Of a stretch of DNA of 62,941 bases, positions 9,526-19,691 are shown in pieces (the stretch's first letter is position 1; each line of letters starts with the position of its first letter). The notes beneath the pieces are model-generated. The model ran no database searches. It saw only the letters and a list, made by a program, of their open reading frames with translations, and was not told the DNA's origin. Origin of the DNA: Promethearchaeota archaeon (GTDB taxonomy: Archaea > Asgardarchaeota > Heimdallarchaeia > Hodarchaeales > Hodarchaeaceae); contig JBHLMN010000028.1 of NCBI GenBank assembly GCA_048938105.1, positions 1-62,941 of the forward strand. The letters run 5' to 3'. A program made the translations under genes and the position numbers.

Positions 9526-11130
9526 ATGACTAATAAGGAGAATCTTGAATCATCGTCTTTAGATATTCAAGATAAGATCATCACACTTCTTAATCAAAAA
9601 GAAAACGAGCTTATACTTGCAAGGGATCGTGAGAAATTATATCGTACTCTCTTGGAGGAATGCAAAAAAGATAGACTAGTGTTAAAGAAATCGAATGAAA
9701 AATACAAAATATTAATTGAGAAAATAGAACAAGGTGTCTTGTTAGAGGATACTGAGGGATTTATAAGCTTTGTTAATCCTAGAGTCGAGGAGATGCTAGG
9801 ATATAAAAAAGAGGATATTTTAGGTAAACATTGGAGCTCATTTGTACCGAGTGAAGAACTTGATAAAATACAATCAGAATTTGCAAAACGATCAGATGGA
9901 ATAGCTAGTACTTATGAATCTAGTCTCTTAACGAACGATGGACGTCGAATTCCAGTAATTATCACAGCGACTCCGATTTCTACAGAACGAGGAGAATTTA
10001 CTAGGATTCTTACTGTCTTAACTGACATTAAGAGACTTAAAAAGGCAGAATATTCGTTAAAAAGAAGTGAAGAGCTGAATCGTAAGCTTGTGGATCTTTT
10101 TCCAGATGCAATTACTTTAACAGACCTGGATGCCAATATTATCATGGTTAATAAACAGGCAGCATTGGTTCTCGGTTATGATAAGCAAGATGAGCTAATT
10201 GGAAAGAATATGTATGATTTAATTGAACCTAGTGATCATTTACAAGCCCTAAAAAATACTAAGCGTGTTTTAGAAAAGGGTATTGTCAGAAACACAGAAT
10301 ACTCACTGATAAAAAAGAATTCTGATTCGTTTCCCGCGGAACTTAGTACCACATACATTACTAATGATTTAGGCCAACCAATGGCTTATATGTCGACTGT
10401 AAAAGATATTTCAAGACGAAAAGAAGCCCAAATAGAACGTCGAAGACTTGAAGAGAAGCGTCGTGACTTTATAGACAAAACTGCGCATGAATTACGAACA
10501 CCTTTGACCATTATTCAAGGTTATGCAGAACAACTTCTTAAACAGGAAACAGAAAATCACAAAATACATATGTTGAATAAAGTTCTCAAGAATGTTAATA
10601 GATTAGAAAATCTTGCTATTAGTGTCAGTGATATTTATCGTATCGAAAGAGAGGATTTCACTTTAACTTTTGATGAAATTAATATGCATGAATTCATAAT
10701 ATCTTTCTTAGAACCATATTTCAAGCAGTACAAAGGACATATTCAGTGGATAGATTCTTCCTGTGAGGATCGAGTAATAATTAAAGGTGATCCAGAGAAG
10801 CTAAAATCTGTGTTCACTACTGTCATAGAAAATTCGATTAGAAACACAGAATCTAATAATAGAAAAATATCTTTAGAAATGATTGTTTCTGAACAAAAAG
10901 TCAGACTTGTAATAACTGATAATGGTGCAGGTATTAACCCTCAGAAATTAGAAAAGATATTTGAAAAGTATGAATCTATTCCAACAAAATATAATGTTAC
11001 TGGCGTGGGGATTGGGCTTTATATTGCTCGTGAAATTATTAATGCTCATAATGGATCAATAAGTGCAGTTAGCAAAGGAGAGGACACAGGAGTAAAAATA
11101 GTAATCTCACTCCCAATTTTGAATAATTAA
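9526..11130 (+). CDS. Cytoplasmic PAS-PAS sensor histidine kinase
   Basis: Two PAS domains, AHELRTPL, DNGAGI, GVGIGL. Confidence 0.93.
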   Translation: MTNKENLESSSLDIQDKIITLLNQKENELILARDREKLYRTLLEECKKDRLVLKKSNEKYKILIEKIEQGVLLEDTEGFISFVNPRVEEMLGYKKEDILGKHWSSFVPSEELDKIQSEFAKRSDGIASTYESSLLTNDGRRIPVIITATPISTERGEFTRILTVLTDIKRLKKAEYSLKRSEELNRKLVDLFPDAITLTDLDANIIMVNKQAALVLGYDKQDELIGKNMYDLIEPSDHLQALKNTKRVLEKGIVRNTEYSLIKKNSDSFPAELSTTYITNDLGQPMAYMSTVKDISRRKEAQIERRRLEEKRRDFIDKTAHELRTPLTIIQGYAEQLLKQETENHKIHMLNKVLKNVNRLENLAISVSDIYRIEREDFTLTFDEINMHEFIISFLEPYFKQYKGHIQWIDSSCEDRVIIKGDPEKLKSVFTTVIENSIRNTESNNRKISLEMIVSEQKVRLVITDNGAGINPQKLEKIFEKYESIPTKYNVTGVGIGLYIAREIINAHNGSISAVSKGEDTGVKIVISLPILNN

Positions 11131-11283
11131 GTTTATTTTCTATAACAAATTACTTTCATAATTAATCTTATATTCAAAATGTGTGAAAATTTACATTCAA
11201 CCCTTTGGATATATACTTATATCTTATATAATAGATCCACTCCTTAGTTAGATTACGAGTAATTTAATGTAGGTATTAAAACA

Positions 11284-12420
11284 ATGAACGAAACAAACCC
11301 AAATGATTCTGAAGATAAATTAATTTTGAAGAAACAATTACAACAAATATCTCAAGAAAAGAAAATTTTGAAAGCAATTCTAAAATATTACAGCAAACTT
11401 GGAACTTTTGATTTAAAAACGGGAATTTCATTACTGGAATTCAAAACTTATCTCATGGATCATGGGTATTCTCAGTTACGTGATGAATTTCTGAAAGATA
11501 TACAATCCAAGGTTGAAGCACGTTTAACTGAGCTTGATAGGTCAGTTAAAACTAAAACTGACAGGATTAAGCACCAAGAAGAATTGGAAGCCCAAAGATA
11601 TATAGAAGAACGTGCTAAACTTCATCAAGAGGAGGAGGAGGAGGAACGCATAATTGAAACTGATCTAGGGAGTTTGAAACAAATTTTATTTATACCATCC
11701 TGGCGGAAATTAATAGAGAGGGAGCATTTCAAAGGATTCTACCTAAATCAACCTGTACATGAGATTACTCACGATAATGTTATACTCTTAGCTGATTTTG
11801 CAGTCACAGGAATAGAAGAAACCCGAGGGGAGGCTTTTATTTTTTTAACAGGAGTGGGAATCTATTATACCCAGTTCCGGTTACGACCAGGAGAGATAAT
11901 TGATGCATACCGCGAAATTACTGGTATTGTGTTACCAATAGATATTTATGAGAAGGGTCAAGATATCTCTGGATCTATTATTGATTCACAAGAACTTTTA
12001 ATGACTGAATATATGACAGCCATTCCTTTCTCATTATTCAATGTTGAGCAAACAAAACAGATGTATCTTCGGGGTGTTGTAGCACGAAATATTTATCACC
12101 CATATAGGGAGTCTTTTGAGAAATTATTGAAAATTTGCCGTGATGCTAATAGCTTAAGCATTGAGGAAGGATTAAAAGTATTATCAGGCGGATTGAATAA
12201 AGAAATTCCTCTCTATACAAATGAGATCTTGACTGAAAAGTACTTGGAAGATTATTCAAAATTAATCGCAGGAATCAAGAACATTCAACCTAAGCTTGAG
12301 AAGATTACCTCTGATCTTCAACTTCAAGGTTTAAAAGAACCAATCTTTCAAAAAATCCAACAAATTAAGAACGATTTCGTAAAAATAGGACATCCGCGCC
12401 TTTTAGACTGGATGCCATAA
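11284..12420 (+). CDS. Hypothetical protein (N-terminal coiled coil, acidic linker, globular C-terminal domain)
   Basis: 378-aa ORF with host-like composition and no recognised motif. Confidence 0.7.
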   Translation: MNETNPNDSEDKLILKKQLQQISQEKKILKAILKYYSKLGTFDLKTGISLLEFKTYLMDHGYSQLRDEFLKDIQSKVEARLTELDRSVKTKTDRIKHQEELEAQRYIEERAKLHQEEEEEERIIETDLGSLKQILFIPSWRKLIEREHFKGFYLNQPVHEITHDNVILLADFAVTGIEETRGEAFIFLTGVGIYYTQFRLRPGEIIDAYREITGIVLPIDIYEKGQDISGSIIDSQELLMTEYMTAIPFSLFNVEQTKQMYLRGVVARNIYHPYRESFEKLLKICRDANSLSIEEGLKVLSGGLNKEIPLYTNEILTEKYLEDYSKLIAGIKNIQPKLEKITSDLQLQGLKEPIFQKIQQIKNDFVKIGHPRLLDWMP

Positions 12421-12446
12421 TCTGAATTCACTACAACATGTTGATA

Positions 12447-12812
12447 TTAGTAGGTTTCCCAGTTAAAATCTATTTCATGGAGAAAGGACTGAAATTCTAG
12501 ATCTCTTCCTTCTATATCCTTGGCAAAAAATTGATAAATTCGATATTTTTCATTTTTGACTGGTTTAGTTGCTGCAAAATCTTTTATTCTTTCATAAATT
12601 TCATCTACTTCTGTTGTGGTTTGATAGAAGAACGTTAACAACCATCCTGTATCCATAACACCCTCTCTTTGACAAAAGCCTATTAAAAAATTATCATGTC
12701 TAAAGATTACACAATCTTTCTGGTCAATCCAAACAGTTGCACCAATCTTTTTCATGTAAAAATCTTTTATCTTCTCTAAGTCCTTTGTTTTAAGAAATAC
12801 TATTCCCGCCAT
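12447..12812 (-). CDS. VOC/glyoxalase family protein
   Basis: LKTKDLEKIKDFY ... FFAKDIEGRDLEF pattern. Confidence 0.88.
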   Translation of the reverse strand: MAGIVFLKTKDLEKIKDFYMKKIGATVWIDQKDCVIFRHDNFLIGFCQREGVMDTGWLLTFFYQTTTEVDEIYERIKDFAATKPVKNEKYRIYQFFAKDIEGRDLEFQSFLHEIDFNWETY

Positions 12813-13041
12813 TTTTCATTCCACTTTTTTGGGTTTAATTTGAGCAAATTATTTGAATCTTATCCCTAATAACTTAAAATGCTTTCTCCTTGGTATTAAC
12901 CTAGAGTAATCGAACTTAATAATGAATGCTACAATATGGATAGGATTCTGAAAAACTATATTTTGATTCTGGTGGTCAGAACAGTTTTAAGTGGCAATTA
13001 GATGGATTGTAGGAGTATGTCAGATATGAGGTTTAATTCAA

Positions 13042-14226
13042 GTGGGTGACGAGTCTATTAGGTTTTTGCATCTTGGTGATACCCATTTTGGTGCCCATTA
13101 TGCACAAAGACCGAAAAATCTACATCGTCGAGCTTATGGGGAGTTATTTTTTCAAAAAGTAGAAGAAGTAGTGAATAAAGCAATCACTGAGCACGAAGTT
13201 GATTTCATAATTCATTCTGGGGATTTTTTCAATCGTAGTCAACCTTCTCCTGAAATTGTTGATCGTGGAATAAAAGCTTTTCAGCTTGCCAGTAAGAAAG
13301 AGATCCCTGTTTTTATCCTACCAGGGAATCATGAACGAAGTAGACTTCCGCTCGGTCTAATTCCATTTACCGATCATGAGACTATCAAATTATTTAGGAA
13401 ACCCTGTTCATATATATACGAAAAAAATGGAATTATAATTAAAATAACAGGATTTCCGTATATTAGAAGGAATGTCAATCTAAAATTCGACTCACTAGTA
13501 AAAAGGGCTTGGTGTAATTCTAATGGTAAAAACACTAAAAGGCCAAATTATTCCATTTTAATGATCCATCAACTTGTAGAAGGATCATGTATAGAAAACT
13601 ATACTTTTCGTAAGGGTGGTCATAATGTCATCCTATTCCAGCAGATCCCCAATTGGTTCAATTATGTAGCCTGTGGTCATGTACATCGTTTCCAATTTCT
13701 CTATAGTACAAAGGTACATTTATCTCATTCAACCAGTAGATTCTATTCGATAGAGCAAGATTGTGATAGTCACAAGTGGCAATTTACAGATAGACAAAGT
13801 ATAGCTTTTACACCTTTTAAAGATCCAATTATCAGTTATACAGGATCTCCTGAGCGTGTGTCCTTTGCAGAGAGAAATGAACCGAAGGGATACATCATTG
13901 GCCACTTGCGTTTATTGCCCTCTGAACCTAGAATCCAGACTGCGAGATTCCAGTTTTATGAATTAAATGCCATTAGAATGGTGTATCTCGTTTGGGATCT
14001 AAATAAAGCGAATATCGATGATTATATCAACTTAACTCTTAAAGAATTATATAGAATCCATTCAGAAAGTTTTCCACCCCGAAATAAGAGAGACACTTTA
14101 TTAACAGCAATTCTTAAAGTTAAAATCAAAGGTAATGGAAGTTATTCATCAATTAAAATCAATGATCTTAGACAGGAAGCAAAAAGACTTGATATCTATC
14201 TCACATTTTCTTACAGTTCAACTTGA
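13042..14226 (+). CDS. Mre11/SbcD-like metallophosphoesterase nuclease
   Basis: LGDTHFG, HSGDFF, PGNHE, GHVH, YTGSPERVSFAE. Confidence 0.85.
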   Translation: MGDESIRFLHLGDTHFGAHYAQRPKNLHRRAYGELFFQKVEEVVNKAITEHEVDFIIHSGDFFNRSQPSPEIVDRGIKAFQLASKKEIPVFILPGNHERSRLPLGLIPFTDHETIKLFRKPCSYIYEKNGIIIKITGFPYIRRNVNLKFDSLVKRAWCNSNGKNTKRPNYSILMIHQLVEGSCIENYTFRKGGHNVILFQQIPNWFNYVACGHVHRFQFLYSTKVHLSHSTSRFYSIEQDCDSHKWQFTDRQSIAFTPFKDPIISYTGSPERVSFAERNEPKGYIIGHLRLLPSEPRIQTARFQFYELNAIRMVYLVWDLNKANIDDYINLTLKELYRIHSESFPPRNKRDTLLTAILKVKIKGNGSYSSIKINDLRQEAKRLDIYLTFSYSST

Positions 14227-14301
14227 GCGTAAGTAGAGTAAACCATTCTAATCTCTTTGACTAATCAAAAACAGGATTCAGAATATTTATTGTGTTAAGG
14301 A

Positions 14302-14427
14302 ATGATTTTTGTGATTTTTGGGAACTCGACATGGATTCGCTCCAGCACTCCTATACCCGCGTGGTCCCCTATTATCCTGATCCTCTCTTTAATAGCAGTA
14401 TTTACTTTCAGAAAACGAATGGAGTAA
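14302..14427 (+). pseudogene. Orphan C-terminal sorting/anchor fragment (41 aa)
   Basis: Translates MIFVIFGNSTWIRSSTPIPAWSPIILILSLIAVFTFRKRME*, a P-x-W motif plus TM plus basic tail like the surface-protein C-termini elsewhere in the window. Confidence 0.5.
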
Positions 14428-14619
14428 GAGTCATTAATCGTTGCATTGGTTAATGTTCCTCCATACTCTCATTTAACTATAATTATATCTGAAAATAATC
14501 TGAGAATCATTGAGTAATAATATTGTCATTTATAAAGGAATGTGGAGGAGGACAAAAGCTTGGTGCATAGGCTAAATTCATACTAACACGGATGTAGATT
14601 AATTGTAATATTTCAGTTA

Positions 14620-14637
14620 CGTTCTAACGTTAGAACG
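14620..14637. promoter_or_regulatory. Perfect 18-bp palindrome, candidate operator
   Basis: CGTTCTAACGTTAGAACG equals its own reverse complement. It lies ~35 bp upstream of a BRE/TATA-like AAAGGCTTAAAT. Confidence 0.6.
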
Positions 14638-14749
14638 GCTAGTACAAGGGTTAGTACGGAATAAAATGATAGAAAGGCTTAAATTGGAGATTTTTCACAG
14701 ATAGAATGTTTCTCACCTATTTAAGACAAGAACAACTCAATTTACGGGA

Positions 14750-16936
14750 TTGAATGTGCGAAACTGGCACGCATTGGTTTTAGTGACACAGCTGGTGTTT
14801 ATTGCTGTTATTCCGACTCCGTGGCAATTTGGGGAAAACCAAACGGAAGAACTCAATAACCTAAAAGCAAGCTCATTAGATCCTCCCAACTCAATACGGA
14901 TCCTTGATATGAGGAGTTCACCATCCTTTCACCCATTCTACGATAGATCTTACGAACTGTCACTAATCTATGATACATTAGTAGACTTCGACCCGGATAC
15001 AGGAGAAACCATCCCTGCACTAGCAAGACAATGGGTAGTAACTAATGATAGTAAGCATTGGACATTCTATCTCAGGGAGGATGTTTATTTCCATGATGGA
15101 TCAAAATTCGACGCTTTTGCCGTAGAACAACTCTTTGACCTGTTATTAAATACGCCAGATCCAGGAGAAAACTATTATTCCTTACCAATTGATTCGGTAG
15201 AAGTTTTAAGTAAATATGTTATAAGAATAAATCTGAATAAACCATATTCCAACTTTATTTGTCGCATTCCATTCATTCCAGCTCCAGGTCACTATGAGAT
15301 TGAATCAGAAGAAAAATTACCAATAGGTACTGGACCCTATAGATTAGAGACTATAGAGACGGAGGAACCGAATCCCGGTTCGAGATTACAAACGTATACA
15401 TTCAGAAGAAACCAAAAGCATTTCAGAGGAATCTCTCCCTTTGAAACGATTCAGAGGTTAATATTCGCAAACTATACGGATTTTGAAGCAGCTGTAAAAG
15501 ACCAACAAGGGGAAATCACTATGGTGTATGTCAATCCTTCAGTTTTAAACGATAGCTACTGGCAATTATCCCCAAAAGGAGGACTAATAGAACTTTGTTG
15601 GTTAAATCATACACAGGAAGAACTGTCGAATCAAAAAGTAAGACTTGCGCTGAATTATGCGATAGATAAGAGAGCTTATACTGAAATCGAGCAAAATAAG
15701 ACAGATATAAAATCTTATCTGCAATCTAACATAATATCAGAAAGCCAACCAGCCTATTGTATAATGCCTACATATAGTAAATATAACCAACAATTTATCA
15801 AATTAAATGTTAATGAATCGAATTTGGGGTATCCTTACAACCCGCAACTGGCTGAAGAACTACTAGATGAAGCAGGATACTTGAGAGGAGACGATGGATA
15901 TCGTTTTGACCTTGTAATCACAGCTCCCGAATGGAGAACAGACAGAGCTCAATTTCTCAGTTCCTATTTGGATGCTATTGGGATACGCTGTAATGTCTCG
16001 ATATCAGAGAGTTACCAAGCATGGTACCAAGATTTAATTTCAGAGAATTTTGATTTATTTGATGCAGGGTTGAGCGACTGGTTTTCCTTTTATGATCTCC
16101 TCCATTCATCAGGTGAACTCAATTTTGGTAGCTTTTCACACGATTTAATGGATCTATATACATTCTTAGACCAACAAACTCCAGTAAGTCAGGAAAAAGA
16201 GTATTATTACAACCAGATACTAATCCTTTCACAAGAATATGCGCCATATATCCTACTGCTAGATGCTCAACAAAATTATCTAGAAGCGACCACGATAGCT
16301 CCTTTTGTCAGACTATCAAATACGGTATCAGGTGCGAGATATGACTTCAATTATACAACGGATCAAAGTCCCAAGGTGAAGTTCTCAGTAAAAGAGCAAT
16401 TTTCTTCGTCAGATCAAGAAATAGCAACAAGAACGATGGAAAATATCGAGTTCAAAAATCAATCGATATATTTCCCGTTTACCGACGCGATTATTACCTC
16501 AAAACAGAAAATTAGAGTCACGATTCGACAAAGTAATAACTTAAAATCGTTTAAACCAGAAATAAATCTTCCTGGAGAATTCTTCTGGGTAGATATTAAC
16601 AATGAACAAGCAGACTATTATCTCCGCTGTTACTACAACCTAGAAGAAATAACAAGTGAAACAGTGGATAATCAAACGTGGATAGAGGGAAAGATCGTAT
16701 CAGCAAATTCAGACCTTCGATATATCGAAATCAAAACCAAGGGAGATATCCTCGCGTATGTGACAAAGTCAGAAAAAGGAAATATAACCGTGTGGGTACA
16801 AACACTCTTACATCCAATAACGTTCAGGTATATACCTTCGATAATGATGATCTCACTTATAATGGTCACATTCCTAAGCATAATACTCATTAAAAATCAA
16901 AAACAGGCAAATAAAATGAGAAAACTGTTTGAATAG
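14750..16936 (+). CDS. Family-5 (DppA/OppA-like) solute-binding protein with an extra C-terminal domain and TM anchor
   Basis: IYDTLV, PALARQW, FHDGSKF, PIGTGPY, VRLALNYAID and YNPQLAEELLDEAG in canonical order. Confidence 0.88.
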   Translation: MNVRNWHALVLVTQLVFIAVIPTPWQFGENQTEELNNLKASSLDPPNSIRILDMRSSPSFHPFYDRSYELSLIYDTLVDFDPDTGETIPALARQWVVTNDSKHWTFYLREDVYFHDGSKFDAFAVEQLFDLLLNTPDPGENYYSLPIDSVEVLSKYVIRINLNKPYSNFICRIPFIPAPGHYEIESEEKLPIGTGPYRLETIETEEPNPGSRLQTYTFRRNQKHFRGISPFETIQRLIFANYTDFEAAVKDQQGEITMVYVNPSVLNDSYWQLSPKGGLIELCWLNHTQEELSNQKVRLALNYAIDKRAYTEIEQNKTDIKSYLQSNIISESQPAYCIMPTYSKYNQQFIKLNVNESNLGYPYNPQLAEELLDEAGYLRGDDGYRFDLVITAPEWRTDRAQFLSSYLDAIGIRCNVSISESYQAWYQDLISENFDLFDAGLSDWFSFYDLLHSSGELNFGSFSHDLMDLYTFLDQQTPVSQEKEYYYNQILILSQEYAPYILLLDAQQNYLEATTIAPFVRLSNTVSGARYDFNYTTDQSPKVKFSVKEQFSSSDQEIATRTMENIEFKNQSIYFPFTDAIITSKQKIRVTIRQSNNLKSFKPEINLPGEFFWVDINNEQADYYLRCYYNLEEITSETVDNQTWIEGKIVSANSDLRYIEIKTKGDILAYVTKSEKGNITVWVQTLLHPITFRYIPSIMMISLIMVTFLSIILIKNQKQANKMRKLFE

Positions 16937-16938
16937 CC

Positions 16939-17499
16939 ATGGAATCTAAAAAAACCCTAAAAGAAAAGGACGAAAGAAATCTGGAGGATGAGGTAGTAGA
17001 GATTATAGCGAAGGAGAGCTACTCACGAGAACAACGAATGAAAATCCCTAAACGATTTCAAAATGGCAGCAATTTGTTACAAGGCAAAACATTCCAAGTA
17101 TATTGGTACCTATTAGAAAATCAACAGGCGGGGGTACGGGAGATTCAAAAAGCACTAAAATTTTCTTCGCCTGGACTGGCAGCTTATCAAATTAACAAAT
17201 TAACAAAGGCAGGAATTATATCAAAAGACGAGAAAACAGATAAGTACTTTATTAATGAAGAAATTCAATCAGGGATTTTAACATTTTATGTGAGGGTCGG
17301 AACCTATCTAATTCCACGAATCTCACTTTATTTAATCACGTTTATCCTGGGATTCATAGTATTTGCATTATGTGCCCTGATATGGGGAGATGCATTCATA
17401 ATGCAACCAGGCAGTGTACTATTCCTAGTTCTATTAATAATAGGAGCGCTAGCATTTAGTTATGAATCAGGGCAAATGTGGAAATTAAAACCAAATTAA
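16939..17499 (+). CDS. Winged-helix transcriptional regulator with two C-terminal TM helices
   Basis: GKTFQVYWYLL..GVREIQKALKFSSPGLAAYQINKL wHTH followed by two hydrophobic segments. Confidence 0.82.
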   Translation: MESKKTLKEKDERNLEDEVVEIIAKESYSREQRMKIPKRFQNGSNLLQGKTFQVYWYLLENQQAGVREIQKALKFSSPGLAAYQINKLTKAGIISKDEKTDKYFINEEIQSGILTFYVRVGTYLIPRISLYLITFILGFIVFALCALIWGDAFIMQPGSVLFLVLLIIGALAFSYESGQMWKLKPN

Positions 17500-17625
17500 G
17501 AATTTTATTGAGATTGAAATCCTAGTAGGTCTAAATTGAATATAAAAGGTGAAATATAATGAAAACACAGAAAAAAAGGAAGAGAGAATTGGAAAGTTTT
17601 GCTAGATGTATAAGGTGTTTGTAAA

Positions 17626-18408
17626 ATGATTACAAGAAAGTTACGAACAGTGGTTCTATTCTTAGTATTTTTTTTAGGCAGTATGTTTTCCCTACCCTCT
17701 GGAGCAAGTCCTGCTACTATCATATGGGAAGAGGATTTTGAAAGTGATTTAGATAACTGGAAAATTTTTGGAGTTGACGCGGAAACACGTCAACCTCGAC
17801 CTGGAAATTTTTCCATCATTGATGGAACTTTGAGAATTAAGGGGAATACGACTCTTTACTCAATCGCAGAGCATCCCAGTACTCAAGCAACTGGGACTTG
17901 GAGTTTTGATGTGAATGTCACTCCTTCCCCAGACCACTTCTATATAGCTTTTTTTGGAGGAGAATTTGGGAATTTCACTGGAGAAGACGGTTTTGAGAAA
18001 GCTTGTCCTTCTGAGTATGGAGTTATGCCTGTACCAGAATGGTTTTCAGTATGGTTTAAGGAGTTTGTCTTCTACAAACGAAAAAACGGTTCTTCTAATA
18101 TTGTGGAGCTAGGGAGTTTTCATCCTCCTCAAATACTTGGTTGGCATCACTTTGATATTACTAGAAACATAGAAGGAAAATTTAATGTCTTCATTGACGG
18201 TTCAAATTGTACATCGTTTCAGGATACGACATACAATACTACAGGAGTTTTCAAATTTTATGGTGGCCCAGGTCCAGGCTTAGATAACATTGTTGTCTAT
18301 GACCATTTCACATTTAAAGGAACTAATGCCTCTGGATGGACATTTGTCGTTGGTCTTTTTGCTTTGAGCATTTACTTATTTCGAAAGAAATTATTATCTA
18401 AAAAATAA
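17626..18408 (+). CDS. Secreted beta-sandwich (concanavalin/LamG-like) protein with C-terminal anchor
   Basis: Signal peptide, WEEDFE, WHHFDITR, FNVFIDG, DNIVV, then ASGWTF-TM-RKK. Confidence 0.7.
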   Translation: MITRKLRTVVLFLVFFLGSMFSLPSGASPATIIWEEDFESDLDNWKIFGVDAETRQPRPGNFSIIDGTLRIKGNTTLYSIAEHPSTQATGTWSFDVNVTPSPDHFYIAFFGGEFGNFTGEDGFEKACPSEYGVMPVPEWFSVWFKEFVFYKRKNGSSNIVELGSFHPPQILGWHHFDITRNIEGKFNVFIDGSNCTSFQDTTYNTTGVFKFYGGPGPGLDNIVVYDHFTFKGTNASGWTFVVGLFALSIYLFRKKLLSKK

Positions 18409-18625
18409 TCAGAATTATTGATATGGAGCTTAATAGCTCAATAAAAAACGACTAGTTCCGCGTTCAAATCGAGAAAAGGGGCCTATTTCCTTTAAAAAAG
18501 TTAATAACCCGTGCAGAAATATGAATAATTGTCGTTGTAATTAGGAATGTTCTTGAGTAATATCAAAATTTTCTCTATAAAAGATAATCCAGGTCCTCAA
18601 ACACAGTCTGAATAAAATATACTAC

Positions 18626-19399
18626 TTAGACAAGCCTCGGATTTGTCGAAGCCTTGAATATCCTTCTTGCAACAATCATCCCTATTAAAGAAGTCACAGC
18701 GAGTTTCCAGAGAAGCATGAACATCCAATAGAAGGATGTCAGGTTAAGCCTATCAATTATAAAAACCTCTGGTGAAAATCGGTGTAATAATCCATAGATT
18801 GTAATTGACAGGTTGCCAATAAATATCGTGAATCCGTAAAGTAATCTTCCATGAGAGACCCGTTCAGGGAGAAGGAAATATCTGTCTTGAAGTGCTAAGA
18901 AGACGAATAGGAAGATAGATCCCCCCATAAAAAACAGAAGAAACTCATCCTCGCCATTATGAAGGGTCGTCATCGTGAATGGACCCATCGGGTCAAATCC
19001 AAACTCAAAGGGTCCTCGGAGATAGTAAGGGAACCGCCAGATAAGACTCGTTATGATCCACATAAATCCGCATCCAGTAATTATGAACGAGAGTATTTCC
19101 TTTTGAGACTTTCTCCAAGTATCCCACCCTTTTAATAACGATATAATGGATATTACGGCAATAACAACTAGATCTAATAATAATGCAACGAATACCGTTA
19201 TATTCAAAATGAAACGTAATGCGAGATATGGATTAGGGGGGAAATCAGCAATCATGTAAAAAAAAGCAGAAAAATAACCTGCTATGTATAAGAATGTGCT
19301 TACAAAGAGCAATAAATTCTGGTTGAACCAGAGGTACCAGATTTTCAGATACCATTTTGAGTGATCAATGTCCCTCAGGGTCTCCACTACTCCAGACAA
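18626..19399 (-). CDS. Multi-pass membrane protein of unknown function
   Basis: About six hydrophobic segments. Confidence 0.65.
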   Translation of the reverse strand: MSGVVETLRDIDHSKWYLKIWYLWFNQNLLLFVSTFLYIAGYFSAFFYMIADFPPNPYLALRFILNITVFVALLLDLVVIAVISIISLLKGWDTWRKSQKEILSFIITGCGFMWIITSLIWRFPYYLRGPFEFGFDPMGPFTMTTLHNGEDEFLLFFMGGSIFLFVFLALQDRYFLLPERVSHGRLLYGFTIFIGNLSITIYGLLHRFSPEVFIIDRLNLTSFYWMFMLLWKLAVTSLIGMIVARRIFKASTNPRLV

Positions 19400-19691
19400 G
19401 ACCGTCCCATCTTTTTATTTTATAAAAAGAAAAAAATTCTCATTGGCTTTAAATTTTCCCGATTTCCCTTTTTTAATGTTTTGTTCACGATCATTGATCA
19501 ATGGGGCCAACGTCTTAAATTTCTTGGTGTAGACTTGTGTTGGCTATTTTTTTAATAAAAGAATTTTTCATTTCAATCGAGAATAAAGTGCGCTCATAAA
19601 CTTTATAATTCTAAAAAATACTACAAGATAGAAATTTCCAGTTACTATCGATAAAAAAGGACGGAGGCTAACTTAAAATTTATTTTAATGG

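Noticed and set aside
13042-14226. Core mre11-rad50 repair operon
   Set aside because: No rad50, herA or nurA is adjacent, so I treat it as a stand-alone SbcD-like paralog.
19410-19503. AT-rich inverted repeat and 12-bp palindrome CATTGATCAATG
   Set aside because: Short or low-complexity, and expected by chance in 63 kb of AT-rich DNA.
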